Below, in pieces: positions 1 through 14,235 of a DNA stretch of 64,000 nucleotides. The stretch's first letter is position 1, and every line of letters starts with the position of its first letter. Source of the stretch: Eledone cirrhosa (lineage: Eukaryota); NCBI GenBank assembly GCA_964016885.1, contig OZ024741.1, positions 386,632,001 through 386,696,000 of the forward strand, read 5' to 3'. A program made the translations under genes and the position numbers. A model generated the notes under the pieces. It had not been told where the DNA came from. It did not search any database and was given only the letters and a program-made list of their open reading frames with translations.

Positions 1-297
1 ATTTGATTTGCGACTAGTAAAATGATATATTCTTTCATTGGTTTATTGGTTTGTCATTAAACTGCAGACATGCGAGGGCACCCCTTGATTTCAGTCAATC
101 ATACCGACATTAGTACTTATTCTACCGCACTCTTTTGTGTCGAATCGCTAAGTTACGGAATATAAACGCAAACTCAGAGACAAACGTAAACACATACGTA
201 AACGCAGGCGCGTTCACTAACACACACCACACACTCACACGTATACATATGTGTGTATGTACATATACGTGTGTGTATATGTACATATGTGTATATA

Positions 298-355
<58 letters not shown>

Positions 356-513
356 GTGAGTGTGTGTATGTATACACACACTCACTACACACCATCACCG
401 TGTTTAACGAAGCCAACAACTATTACCATTCTGCCACACAGTGGAAGTTTTCTATAAGAATATATTGCCTTCCTTCATTCATACATATATACATATATAT
501 ATATATACACATA

Positions 514-581
<68 letters not shown>

Positions 582-1377
582 CACACACACACACTGACAC
601 ATACATCTCTCTCTCTATATATATATATTAACGTAATGTGTATACTGAAGAAGCTATGTTTATATTGAAGCTGTGTATATTTAGACTTTACGTGTCTGTA
701 GAAGCTACGTGTAGATTGGTTAGGAGTGTGTATTAAAGAAGCATTTATTGAATCAGAGTGTTAGTTGTTTCAGACTGTATATATATATATATACCAGATC
801 AGCGTGTGTGTATATATACAAAAGCAGCGTCTGTGTATATATACCAAAGCAGCTTGTGTATTTACCTTTCGCTACCATATTTTTTATGAAATACACTCTC
901 TATACGTTTTTCAATTTATTTTTTAAATAATCAAGAACTTGAATGGATTTAGTATACAACTAGTATTCTCATCATTTATCTGATGTTTGGAAGATAACTT
1001 AACAAAGGTTCTTACATAATACTTTGAAATAAACAGTTTTGTATCATAGAATCAAGGGTGTGTGGAACATAACTTGACAAAAGTTCTTACATAAAATTAT
1101 GATGGAAGGTTTTTAGATAAATATAAACACTTTAATATAAAGAGTTTTGTATTGTTGAAACGTGGAGCTGTTTCTGGTGGTTTCGTAACAAAAGAGATAT
1201 GTAATGTGTATACATTTCTGAGAACGTAAGTATACCAAAGTGTAATAAAACTATATAAATGTCGTGTGTATATTTAAGAGCTGGTAGTATCATAGGTGGT
1301 GGTGAGACAAATATGGCGCTTTGAATTACAGAAATAGATCACTAGTTCCCTTCTCTCACTTTCGCTACATCTTAGTT

Positions 1378-1444
<67 letters not shown>

Positions 1445-1488
1445 TTGTTTAGCAAGATTCTTTATCTGAAAACGTGTGTTGAAACCGG

Positions 1489-1998
1489 TATTGTTATGCT
1501 TTGGGAGGGTCATGTTGCCAATAAGAAACACACGCACCAGTTGCTTTCACTCCAATTTATTATAAATTAAATTTATAAATTTAAGAATTTATAAATTTTC
1601 GGTTGGTTGGTTGGTTCCACAACCGGACGGTTGTTCATATATTGTCAAAGTTCTTTCGCCACACATTCTGTGACCTCTTCAGTGACTGGGGATTCTTTTC
1701 TTTGTTTTTGTGCCTCTCCTTTGTTCTGTCCTACGCCATACAAAAATCAAGATGGCGTAGGACAGAACAAAGGAGAGGCACAAAAACAAAGAAAAGAATC
1801 CCCAGTCACTGAAGAGGTCACAGAATGTGTGGCGAAAGAACTTTGACAATATATGAACAACCCTCCGGTTGTGGAACCAACCAACCGGAAATTTATAAAT
1901 TCTTAAATTTATAAATTTAATTTATAATAAATTGGAATGAAAGCAACTGGTGCGTGTGTTTCTTATTGGCAACATGACCCTCCCAAAGCATAACAATA
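1489..1998. mobile_element. Fold-back (palindromic) copy of HHR-bearing PLE pseudo-LTR family A
   Basis: 1489-1739 is a near-perfect reverse complement of 1752-1998 with a 12-nt loop; it lies between (TA)n tracts; ends are related to 9906-10090, 31290-31616 and 46076-46365. Confidence 0.8.
1805..1847 (+). ncRNA. Type I hammerhead ribozyme, family A (mirror copy on - strand at 1644-1686)
   Basis: gtca-CTGAAGA-g-gtcaca/gaatg/tgtggc-GAAA-gaac-TT-tgac; stem I gtca/tgac. Confidence 0.75.
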
Positions 1999-2005
1999 TA
2001 TATAT

Positions 2006-2096
<91 letters not shown>

Positions 2097-2269
2097 CATA
2101 CATACACTAGCAGAATTACCCAGTTTAAAGAACATAATGAAATTTCATTCAAAACCTTTTCTCGGGTATATTTGAAACTTCTAATATAGCTGTTTCTTGT
2201 ATGTAACATATCTTTTAGTTGCAATATGATTTCATACTTAATTTCTTTATTCCTTTCATAACTTGTAAA

Positions 2270-2615
2270 TATTTTGGTTCTTCTGAAAGTAGCTGAAGTG
2301 ATCCAATTCTGTGGTACACTTACTCTTGGATTTAGAAAGTTGGTATAAAGCCATCTTCATGGATGACATTTGCACCAAATGATGTCATTTGAAATGTGTT
2401 ATTGTACTTCTGGATATTTTGAAGTAAGTGTCTTGATTCAGTAGTTGTACCAATCAGCAGTCCCCTTAAGAGTTTTGGTGGCTCAGGTAATAGTTTCGAC
2501 TTGATGTTTCCATTTAAACAGCACAATCCAGTTGACTCACCATTCCATTTTTTAGCACCACAATTTGGGCAAATTTTGTTCATTGAGGAAATTTGAATTA
2601 AAGGTTCTAAGGATT
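2270..2615 (-). pseudogene. Helitron Rep/helicase N-terminal zinc-finger fragment
   Basis: CPNCGAKKWNGESTGLCCLNG...NIQKYNNTFQMTSFGA...PTF*IQE*VYHRIGSL, typical of Helitron RepHel; contains stops. Confidence 0.8.
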
Positions 2616-2639
2616 TGACGTTTACAGGGGGAAGAGGAG

Positions 2640-2925
2640 GAGGGACGTCTACTGGGCGGAGTTCAAGCCGGTTCCAGGTCGAGCAGGCGACCTCGCGTTC
2701 CTCGATCACAGTGGGTTCCATTGTGTTGTGGAGAACCCTGTTGATGAGGACGCGGCAAGAGGTTTCCGACCAAATATATACCGGCAAAACCAGTGAGGCC
2801 GGAGACAGGAGACCAAAGCCACCGTTTCTAACAGGTAACATGGCCTGTTGCCATCTAAAGTCGTCAAACCTGACGTTGCATATCTCCTCGGCTACCACTC
2901 AGATACAGGTATCGAGGTCAGCGTA
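2640..2925 (-). pseudogene. CRE-like non-LTR retrotransposon RT thumb fragment
   Basis: WQQAMLPVRNGGFGLLSPASLVLPVY resembles the WxQAxLPxRxGGLG motif. Confidence 0.6.
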
Positions 2926-3362
2926 ACTGTAGTAAGGAACTCTACGAAATGCGTAGAGGAGCTTCGGCATAACGAAGCATTTCCTCAACAGGAACTCGCC
3001 AGCCACTGCTGGTACTCACTCACCTCAGCTGAGTGTACTGAAGAGCGCGAAATAAAGTGGACTTTAAAGTGAATTCCTGTGTAAGTGACTGGCAATCCTC
3101 AACTGCTTGCACCGTTAACACAAGTCTCAAGTTAGAATCAGTGTGGCACTATCTGTGACTTGGATAGGAATAATTACAAGTACAACCTAGCTGACGGGCA
3201 TCCGTACTGTCTCGGTCTATAAAGAGCTATCACGAAGCTGGATCGAACCGCGGCTAAAGTAGAAAACATTACGACCCAACCAGCGACTTCGTGATTGTAA
3301 AGGGTATTTCTTTTTTAAAATGTCCATATTTGTGCCTGTCCAACATACACACACACATACAG

Positions 3363-3429
<67 letters not shown>

Positions 3430-3608
3430 AATATATATATATATGCTGAGGTTATATTTAATTTGTTGGGATTCAACAAGCTTAAAAAATTTTATAACTG
3501 ATATAAAGCACTCAACATATTAGTGGAGTAAATATCCAGGAAGCTCCAACCGTTAAGGTTGTCTTTTTTTCCGGGTATATCAATATTTATTTATAAAACA
3601 AATCTGTA

Positions 3609-3670
3609 TTTTATCTGATGAAAGCGCACCATAATTTGCCTTGGTCGCCCTTGAAATATATATAATAAAA
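3609..3670 (+). ncRNA. Type I hammerhead ribozyme in a (TA)n-flanked insert (~3445-3712)
   Basis: ttttat-CTGATGA-stem II-GAAA-tatata-TA-ataaaa; perfect 6-bp stem I, palindromic stem III. Confidence 0.75.
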
Positions 3671-3710
3671 TAAATATAGTTTTATAAATATAGTTTCCAT
3701 TTATTAATAT

Positions 3711-3749
<39 letters not shown>

Positions 3750-3959
3750 TATATAAAATAAATAGATAGATATAATTATATATATATTTTTTAATCAATT
3801 TTGTTGTATATAGGAAACGATTAAATTACCTACTGCATCCTTTCTTTCCTTAACAAAATGATTTAGCTGCTATTTCTAGCGAGCGACTACATTCTGACTC
3901 CCATGTTAGCTGGAATCTATCTATCTATCTATTTACCTATCTATCTCTCCCTCTCTCTT

Positions 3960-4340
<381 letters not shown>

Positions 4341-4412
4341 CATATATATATATATATATACATACATACACACACACACACATACATATATACATATATA
4401 AATATATATATA

Positions 4413-4501
<89 letters not shown>

Positions 4502-4846
4502 GCCTACACACAAATCTTGGCTTTTTCACGTTTTCATAATACAAAGTAACGGATACGACAACGATCATATCAGTAATTTGTTCACCAATCTATTGTGAAA
4601 TACGTGTTGTGATAACCATGCCTTTCCCTTCAAAGTATTGCCGGTCCATATTCAAAATAAAATAGCCACTAATAAGAAACAGGAGTGGAATGAGGAGAGA
4701 ATGAGTTTCGTCTAGCTCTGCGCGTGATTTTAAGAGTGTCTTCTATTTTAATGACTTCAGCAATGTACATGTGTGTATGTATAGGTTTGCAGGTTTACGT
4801 ATAGTACATACAAGGTTCGTGTACACACACACACACACACACACAC

Positions 4847-4877
<31 letters not shown>

Positions 4878-4880
<3 letters not shown>

Positions 4881-5070
4881 AAAAAGTATGACCCCGACGG
4901 CAGAGCTCAAGCCGTTTCGACGGCTATTCGGGAATCGAAATAGCCGTCGAAACGGCTTGAGCTCTGCCGTCGGAGTCATACTTTTTCCTATTACCCACTC
5001 TACTACCCTAAGTATTGAGTACTCTGGTGCGTTATGGTCCATCTGGTTCTTTACCACAATTCCTTTGTTA
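4878..5070. mobile_element. Fold-back element family B, copy 2
   Basis: ~52-bp inverted arms plus the same tail as copy 1; flanked by (TA)n. Confidence 0.7.
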
Positions 5071-5223
5071 TATATATATATATAAATGAAAAAAAAATAT
5101 ATATATATATATTTGAATTATTTTCCCATATTTTACGTTAATTATTTTCCATTTTGACGTTATAGTCACTTATATATTATGAAATACTGTTGGCTTCTTG
5201 CTCACATTAATTTCTATATTTTC

Positions 5224-5284
<61 letters not shown>

Positions 5285-5787
5285 TATGTATACGTACATA
5301 CATATATGTATACAGACGTACAGTAGTATGTATATATATACATACATGCACACATATATACGTATGGATTTACCGAACATTTATTATAATGCTCGGTGTG
5401 TTTGTAAACAAACAGCCCGAATATATATATTCATTGATTTGTTTATTTAGTTATCAATTTAAACGTCCGTACAGAGCTAATAAGCCATGACAGACTTCTT
5501 ACAAAAAAAAAAAGGAAAGATTTACTGAGATAAGTGAATATTAAAATTAAATTTAAAAAAAAGACTGAAATACGTGAGGCCAATTGGAGGTGAAATAAGC
5601 ATAAAAAAGATAATGTGTGTACACACACACACATCCAAATGAGGGCCCGACTCTTTTTCGATATCTCGTCAGATATGCGAGTTTAAATGTGTAAGGACAC
5701 ATTGAGTGCTTCGAACAGCGCGTCGCCCCTAACTGTTGTTACAAACATAACACACACTCACACACACACAATATATATATATATATC

Positions 5788-5985
5788 TAGGGGGAAAGTA
5801 TGGCCCCGACGGCAGAGCTCAAGCCGTTTCGACGGCTATTTCTGGTCCAGAAATAGCCGTCGAAACGGCTTGAGCTCTGCCGTCGGAGTCATACTTTTTC
5901 TCTATTTCCCACTCTACTACCCTAAGCATTGAGTACTCTGGTGCGTTATGGTCCATCTGGTTCCTTACCACAATTCCTTTGTTAT
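5788..5985. mobile_element. Fold-back element family B, copy 3
   Basis: Inverted arms centred on tatttctggtccagaaata; same tail; flanked by (TA)n. Confidence 0.7.
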
Positions 5986-6067
5986 ATATATATCTATATA
6001 TATCTATATATATATATCTATATCTATATATATATATCTATATCTATATATATATATATATATATAG

Positions 6068-6102
<35 letters not shown>

Positions 6103-6399
6103 TGTGAGAATCCGAAACTGTAACAACTGTCGATTGTTAGAAAGAGGGTGAAATAGCCCTCGAGACAGCAGCCCCGGGCTATTTTACCTATATTCTATAG
6201 TCTAAGCTATTTCTTATAGCAATTGACTTTTGCATATATATATAATATATTATACACACACACACACATATATATATATATACACATACATAACTTTAGT
6301 GTATATAGTGCATGCGCGTGTATATTCGGATACGTACGCAGGTTGTACCACTTGTTAATGTTGGAGCTGGAGGGGCGAAAAACTTGCATTCCCCAGTCA

Positions 6400-6411
6400 T
6401 ACTACTACTAT

Positions 6412-6463
<52 letters not shown>

Positions 6464-6520
6464 TTCATCACTACCACCACCATCACCACCACTACTGTTA
6501 CTACTGCTACCGCCACCGCC

Positions 6521-6562
<42 letters not shown>

Positions 6563-6571
6563 GCCACTACC

Positions 6572-6608
<37 letters not shown>

Positions 6609-6624
6609 CACTACCATCACCACC

Positions 6625-6671
<47 letters not shown>

Positions 6672-6679
6672 CACTACCC

Positions 6680-6725
<46 letters not shown>

Positions 6726-6738
6726 CATTACCACCACC

Positions 6739-6788
<50 letters not shown>

Positions 6789-6858
6789 CATCACCACTAC
6801 TACTACTACTACTACTACCACTACTACTACTACTATTACTACCACTACCACCACCACA

Positions 6859-6938
<80 letters not shown>

Positions 6939-7011
6939 CATCACCACTACTACTACTACTACTACTACTACCACTACTACTACTACTATTACTACCACTA
7001 CCACCACCACA

Positions 7012-7089
<78 letters not shown>
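6400..7089. repeat. (TAC/CAC)n trinucleotide microsatellite
   Basis: Direct reading; explains the poly-T/Y/L/V/S ORFs. Confidence 0.95.
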
Positions 7090-7090
<1 letters not shown>

Positions 7091-7229
7091 GTACTGCTGG
7101 GTTCTGCTGCAACTGCTGTGTGTCTGCTGCGACTGTTGCTGCTGGTACAACAGTTACAAGATGCACATGTTGACTCCAAAACGCTACATACATCCACTCC
7201 ACCCCCACCTTACACCTTCACCCTCATTT

Positions 7230-7540
7230 TCTTGTACTCTAGGCTCTTCCTTCTCTCTCTCTTTCCCCTCCCCCCTCTCTCTCCATTCCCCCCTCTCCTC
7301 CTCATCTTCATTACCTACATCATCACATCACCCTTCTCTTTCCTTTTAATTACCTTCTCCCTCCCCTCCCTTCACACGCTCCTCCTCCTCCACCTCCTCC
7401 TCCTTTATCGTTTATTTTCAGTTTCACTTTCACTATCCTATTCTGTATATTTGTCTCTCTCTTTCTCTCTCTCTTTCTCCACCCACCTCTCTCTCTCTCG
7501 TTCTCCGCCCCCATCTCTCTCTTTCTCTCTCTCTTCCCCT

Positions 7541-7580
<40 letters not shown>

Positions 7581-7583
7581 CCC

Positions 7584-7625
<42 letters not shown>

Positions 7626-7769
7626 TCCTCTCTCTCCTTCGTTCCTTTTCTCACTTTCTGTCTTTATTTCTTTCTCTCGCTCTCTATATCTGCTTTGCTG
7701 GCTCCTCCATACTGTATCGTAGTGACATACACCCCACCCCCGCTACCACTATCAGGACCACGCCAGCCG

Positions 7770-7806
<37 letters not shown>

Positions 7807-7965
7807 GTCATCAAAAGCATCAATAACAACAGTAACATCACCATCATCATCATCACCATCATCAGTAGCAACAGCATCACTATCATCATCATCATCATCA
7901 CCACCATTATCATAAGTAGCAACAGCATCATCATCATCAACAACAACATAATCAGTAGCAACATC

Positions 7966-8011
<46 letters not shown>

Positions 8012-8050
8012 ACATCACCATCATCAGTAGCAGCAGCAGTATCATCACCT
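7230..8050. repeat. (CT)n-rich tract followed by (CAT)n microsatellite
   Basis: Direct reading. Confidence 0.9.
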
Positions 8051-8228
8051 CTCTTATCCTCCTCAATTATGATTGAGTCTTCTAATCTTTTATTCTTTAA
8101 CAGATATCGGTCATTAGAGTGCGGCCGTGCTGGAGCACCACATTAATTTACTTCATCATACCGACCCCACTACTTATTTTTCAAGTCTTAACCTCTTTTT
8201 TGTCAACCTACTAAGTTACGGGATATAA

Positions 8229-8347
<119 letters not shown>

Positions 8348-8594
8348 CGCGTGTGTGTGTGCGTGTGTGCGTGTGCGTGTGTAAACATAAATGCATACAT
8401 ACATATATGACGAGTTTCTGCAGTTCCGTATACCGAACTTTAGTCACAAGGCATTGGTCAACCCGAGGCTATAATAGAAGACACTTCCGGTCCTGCGCAA
8501 CGTGGCTGACCCCAGAAACCATGTGGTTGCAAAGCAAATTCCTTTACTATACAGCCTTGCCTAGACCCATATAACCAAGTCTGCACCTATGTAA

Positions 8595-8941
8595 CCATGC
8601 AGGCGCCAGTATAACCATGTATGTACCAATATAAACATGTAGGCGCCAGTATAACCATGTATGTACCAATATAAACATGTAGGCGCCAGTATAACCATGT
8701 ATGTACCAATATAAACATGCAGGCGCCAGTATAACCATGTATGTACCAATATAAACATGCAGGCGCCAGTATAACCATGTATGTACCAATATAAACATGC
8801 AGGCGCCAGTATAACCATGTATGTACCAATATAAACATGTAGGCGCCAGTATAACCATGTATGTACCAATATAAACATGTAGGCGCCAGTATAACCATGT
8901 ATGTACCAATATAAACATGTAGGCGCCAGTATAACCATGTA
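8595..8941. repeat. 40-bp minisatellite, ~8.5 copies
   Basis: Unit catgYaggcgccagtataaccatgtatgtaccaatataaa, head to tail with no spacers. Confidence 0.95.
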
Positions 8942-9239
8942 TTCGCCATTATAACCATATATGTGCCAATTTAATCACGTATGTGCCAGTATAACTATAC
9001 CGGAGTACATATATATGTATGTGTGTGTGTATATATATATGGGTGTCTGTGATCTATGTACACTGGTCATAGACACACACATACACACACACATATATAC
9101 TCACACACACATATATATATATATACACAACAACACCACCAGCTCTCTTCCATTCTCCTTCTCTGTCTCCTCACCCTCTCTCTATGTCTCTCTTTCAATC
9201 TACTCTATCACAACCACTATCTCTGCCTCTCTATATCTC

Positions 9240-9849
9240 TCTTTGTTTATGAAGGTACCCGGAAAAACCCCATATCTAGGGAACAGATGGTCCGATTTAC
9301 GGGAAACTTATTTTATTCCATTTGTATTCCCATTTCAGGGTCAACTTCCTTTCAAAGTATTTTCCCATTATGCGCCCTAATAGAGTCATAGTGACTCACG
9401 GACTTTCTTGGCCATTTTAAATCTGGCGGAGCCCATCCCTCTACAAGTATTAAAATGCAAATATTTTGTTACGGTCGAACATCTTTCAATTTATCTATCT
9501 ATAACATGAAATAATTGTTTCTACTTTCGGCACAGGGCCAGCAATTACTCAGTGCATTACTGGTACTTTATTTTATCGACCCCGTAAGGATGAAAGGCAA
9601 AGTCAATGAAATAATAAGATGTACTATTAAAAATATTTTGTTTTACAATATCAACATGTAGGTCTTCGGTGCTTGGGGAGTGGATCAATATAACACATAC
9701 CTCGAAGTTTCAATCATGGAAAGCTATAATAGCTATTTACAGAAATAATTGGTCATTTTAAAAAATAATTTTTCCTTAAAACTTTAAAAATGAATAACGT
9801 TATTAGTTTGACATATTTTCTCAGAATTTTTCATTAGTAGAGCGTGACA

Positions 9850-9850
<1 letters not shown>
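9240..9850. mobile_element. Possible non-autonomous Helentron/DINE-like element interrupted by a SINE fragment (9513-9607)
   Basis: ggtccgatttacgggaaact and gaagtttcaatc resemble motifs of such elements; recognition from memory only. Confidence 0.3.
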
Positions 9851-9905
<55 letters not shown>

Positions 9906-9910
<5 letters not shown>

Positions 9911-10082
9911 ATACTTGGGGAGGGTCATATTTGTGTAATAATATTGCCAGAATTAATAACAGAACACACTCACTGTTTGGTTGGTTTTCGCTTCTGTGTC
10001 TTTTATATCGGTTAATTTAATTTATTCGGTCCTCAATGTTACCATTGACTGACCAACGGTCAAAAATACAGATACAATATAG

Positions 10083-10090
<8 letters not shown>
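9906..10090 (-). mobile_element. 3' part of a family A pseudo-LTR
   Basis: Reverse complement of ~31430-31616 and ~46175-46365; flanked by (TA)n. Confidence 0.75.
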
Positions 10091-10173
<83 letters not shown>

Positions 10174-10384
10174 AAGGTTAAACAACGTTCAATGAATACA
10201 TCAATGAATAAAGTTTTACAATAGATTAAAATACTATACAGCCTTGCCTAGACCCATATAACCAAGTCTGCACCTATGTAACTGCACACAAGGTATATAA
10301 ATATTGTGTTTTGTCCTAACTTATTCACTACCATGACTGAATTTTAACCATCTACATAGTCAAGGTATGTCAAGCCTCATCTTA

Positions 10385-10436
10385 TTTTATCTGATGAAGA
10401 CGTACTGTTGAAGATAGCTCAGTACCTCTGAAATAC
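10385..10436 (+). ncRNA. Truncated hammerhead motif
   Basis: ttttat-CTGATGA-agacgtactg...cagtacctct-GAAA-tac, cut off by a SINE tail. Confidence 0.55.
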
Positions 10437-10638
10437 AGTCGATCGACTTTCGTCAAATCGGACCGACGAAACAATGTTTCCATTGGTCTTTCCAATTGGT
10501 AATACTATCTATCGGTCGCAACTCCAGGTAGAAGGAGCAACGTGAAATAAAGTGTCTTGCTCAAGGACATAACGCATCGCCCGGTTCGGGAATCGAACTC
10601 ACAACCTCACGATTGTGAATCCAGTTCTCTAACCACTC
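10437..10638 (-). mobile_element. tRNA-derived SINE, family S2
   Basis: B-box gagttcgattcc and ccttgagcaagacacttta on - strand; near-identical to 46383-46610. Confidence 0.75.
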
Positions 10639-10674
10639 ATATGTATATAGATATATAGATATATATATCTCTAC

Positions 10675-10764
<90 letters not shown>

Positions 10765-10767
10765 GTG

Positions 10768-10805
<38 letters not shown>

Positions 10806-10852
10806 GTGAAATGGGTGGTGGTTGAAATTCAGATGTGCATATATATATATAT

Positions 10853-12064
10853 ACTCGAGCAGAGAGTTATTGTTTACGGAGGCATATCCGGGTGTAGGAG
10901 GCTTATCCAGGATTTCTTGAAGGTATTTGTCCAAAGACTTCTTGAACTTGATGGGGTCTGTTTCTGTTTTGATGTGTTTTGGTGTAAAGTTAAAGAGAGC
11001 AGGGCCAATTGAGGTGAAATAATTGTGCCGTAGTGTTGAGTGAGATTTTTGTTTTGGGCGGATAGAATGGGGCCCAAGCCTTGGGTGTATATTAAAGGTG
11101 ATGCCAACATCATTTGGGCAAAGCTGATGCAATATTTTCCACATTATGCAGATAATGTAGCGCTCACGGCGACGTTGGAGAGAATAAAGGTTGAGCTTTT
11201 CTAATCGACTCCAATAGTCAATCCCAGTCAGGACATCTATCTTTTTTGTAATCGATCTTTGGGGTGCTTCAACTTTCATGATACTTTGTTTCGTGTGGGG
11301 AGACCACAGTGGACAACAGTATTCAAGGTGGGGTCGGGCAAAAGTGGAGAAGAGAAGTATAACAGTGTGGATATCTCTCAACGGGAAAGTTCTGAGAATC
11401 CAGGAGCACATTCTGCGGGCCGTATCAACTTTACTGTTTATATGAGTGGCCCAGCTTATGTTGTTGTCCACAATTACTCCCAGGTCTCTGATGTTATTGG
11501 ATGCCACTAGAGTTTCACCCGAAGGAAGAGAGTATGGTAGTTTCAAGGTATCCTTTTTTCCAAAGTGGATTAATTCAAACTTATCCGCATTCAGCAGCAT
11601 ATTATTCTTTTCTGCCCATCGGATCGGATAACAGCCAGTAGGTCTGACTGAAGGCAAGTCCGGTCACCCACCTCATTGATGACCCTTTGGAGCTTGGAAT
11701 CATCTGCGAATGTTCTGATGTTGCTGTGCTTGATGATGTCAGTAATGTCATTAATGTAGATGATGAAAAGAAGTGGGCCCAACACAGTGCCTAGTGGTAC
11801 ACCACTGCTGACTTTGGCAGGGCTTGATTTTACTCCTTCGACTACAACATGTTGTCAGGAAACATTTGATCCACTGTAGTAACTTTCCAGAGACTCCAAC
11901 ATTGGATAGTTTATTCAGTAGAATCTTATGATTAACTCTGTCAAAAGCCTTGCTGAAATCAAGATAGATGACATCAGTGTTGGAGCCCTCTCCCAAGGAT
12001 TTCTCAAAACATCGTCAAAGTGATGCAGGAGCTGCGTTAGGCAGTCCCTTCCATTACGGAACCC

Positions 12065-12066
<2 letters not shown>
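10853..12066 (-). pseudogene. CR1/Jockey-group LINE reverse transcriptase fragment (frameshifted)
   Basis: [71 protein letters not shown] spread over 4 ORFs. Confidence 0.9.
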
Positions 12067-12120
<54 letters not shown>

Positions 12121-12216
12121 ATATATGTATATATATGTATATATATATATGTATATATATGTATATATATATCATATATATATATGTATATATGTATATA
12201 TATGTATATATATATA

Positions 12217-12470
12217 TCAAAAATAATTTTGAGATAGAGCGCCCGTGATGTTTGCTCTAATCTGGCAAGAGCAAACATCACCGGCGCTCTATCTCAAAAT
12301 TATTTTTGAAAAGCATTAGAAATGCGCAACCGGTAAAACTTAAAACCAAAACTGAATACTAACCAATACTATTACTAATTTTTACTTATTCCTAATTAAA
12401 CTATTTTTCACTGGGAATAATTTGTCAGCATTTTCTTTTCCTTTTACCAATATAGATATATATATATATA
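12217..12470 (+). mobile_element. Short fold-back element with a mutated hammerhead (12303-12338)
   Basis: 12217-12258 / 12268-12309 inverted arms; ttt-TTGAAAA-gcatt/aga/aatgc-GCAA-ccgg-TA-aaa. Confidence 0.6.
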
Positions 12471-12757
12471 TACACAATTAAATTAAGGGTGTCATGTCCG
12501 AGAGACATGCGCCATATCCACAGTAGAATATGCTCAAAGATTCCAATGAATAGATCCGAGCATTTTATATCAACTAGAAATTGATATATATATATATCTA
12601 AAATAAACACACCGAAACAATCACAGGGGATAATTTGTAAAGCGTGTAAGCACACACAGCTAGGTAAGTAACTAATTAAAGTTTTTTTTTAACTAATTAA
12701 AATTCCGATAAATTATTTGAAATAAATATGACTATTACTTATTAATGATTACAAAGT

Positions 12758-12788
<31 letters not shown>

Positions 12789-12792
12789 ATAC

Positions 12793-12851
<59 letters not shown>

Positions 12852-12856
12852 CATAC

Positions 12857-12892
<36 letters not shown>

Positions 12893-12914
12893 ATATATAT
12901 ATATATATATACAC

Positions 12915-12965
<51 letters not shown>

Positions 12966-12995
12966 CATATGTATGTATATATATATATATATATT

Positions 12996-13058
<63 letters not shown>

Positions 13059-13223
13059 GTGGGAAAGTAAAAAAATCGGAGAATAGACCGTTAAAACATG
13101 TTTATTTAAAACAGTACCTACGTACGTTTCGCCCAGTTGGGCTTCTCAAGGGCATAAATAATCACAAGTGTCCCTTATATTGCTCGGAAAGAGTTTTGGG
13201 GGTTAAATCCACATCAAGGTTCA

Positions 13224-13934
13224 TTGCTCGACACAGACGCACCTACACCTGACAATAACTATATCGGCCTTAACAACTCCCTGGCAGCATCCAATAGTGT
13301 TGGCAACGGCATCCGCAGACGCAACCAGAATAACCGCGAAATGACTGGGGAACATGCAGAACATGACGTGCGGAATAACAATCGCACCACCCCGCGTGCT
13401 GTGGGTTGTAATTGTGCTAACGACAGCTGCGGTAGCGTAGATAACAACGTAGGCAGCAACAATGATAGCCTTACCGTGGGAAATAGACGGAACCGCGACA
13501 GAAATTGCAACTGCCGCGACAGGGGACGCTGCCCCCTTAGAGGATACTGCTTGACTGATAGGGTTATATATAGATGCACTATTACTAGCCACAATAGCGT
13601 TAAACATTATATAGGGGCTACCTCCGGCCCGTTCAAAATTAGGTTTCGAACACATCTCCACTCTTTCACAAATAGAAAACTAAGGCACTCCACTTCGCTC
13701 GCGGACTACATCACATCACTAAAGGACTTAAACATCAGCTTCTCCGCGCACTGGGAGATTGTCGGCAGGGCTGCACCGTACAACTTCAAGAGGAAATGCG
13801 ATCTTTGCCTCATGGAGCTCTACCACATCATAACTGCACCCCACGAGCTCATCAACAGCAGAGCTGAAACAGCGATAAGTTGTACACATCGCTTAATAAT
13901 ATCCTTCTTCAGATGGGTTAAGGATGAAGAGTGA
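13224..13934 (+). CDS. Neptune-type PLE zinc finger plus GIY-YIG endonuclease (RT absent)
   Basis: [15 protein letters not shown]...VIYRC...HYIGAT...FKIRFRTH...STSLADYI...CDLCLME...LINSRAE...CTHR; open for 236 codons. Confidence 0.85.
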   Translation: MLDTDAPTPDNNYIGLNNSLAASNSVGNGIRRRNQNNREMTGEHAEHDVRNNNRTTPRAVGCNCANDSCGSVDNNVGSNNDSLTVGNRRNRDRNCNCRDRGRCPLRGYCLTDRVIYRCTITSHNSVKHYIGATSGPFKIRFRTHLHSFTNRKLRHSTSLADYITSLKDLNISFSAHWEIVGRAAPYNFKRKCDLCLMELYHIITAPHELINSRAETAISCTHRLIISFFRWVKDEE

Positions 13935-14235
13935 AACAGTACACTGGATCCCCCTGCAACAAGTCTTAACACCCCGGCGGGCAGGCGCTGCAAAATAACA
14001 CCCAGGAAACAATCCTTGCATACCAGACCCAGCCTCAGACAAACGGATGCGGCAAAAAAAAAAAAAAAAAAAAAAAAAATTGTCCGGGAAAGACTACCCT
14101 AACACCGGCCAGAGTTAACTCCCTTGACCTGCTGCAAAATCAAAACAAGATATTTTTGCGAGCAATGAACCTTGATGTGGATTTAACCCCCAAAACTCTT
14201 TCCGAGCAATATAAGGAACACTTGTGATTATTTAT

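Noticed and set aside
2332-2898. 188-aa ORF as a novel RT-Helitron fusion protein
   Set aside because: Chance in-frame juxtaposition of a CRE-like fragment and a decayed Helitron fragment, with an abrupt GC shift and stops just downstream.
2928-3120. Possible solo LTR (TG...AATAAA...CA)
   Set aside because: No matching target-site duplication and no second copy in the window.
8595-8941. CRISPR-like array
   Set aside because: Head-to-tail 40-bp units with no unique spacers, no cas genes, eukaryotic context.
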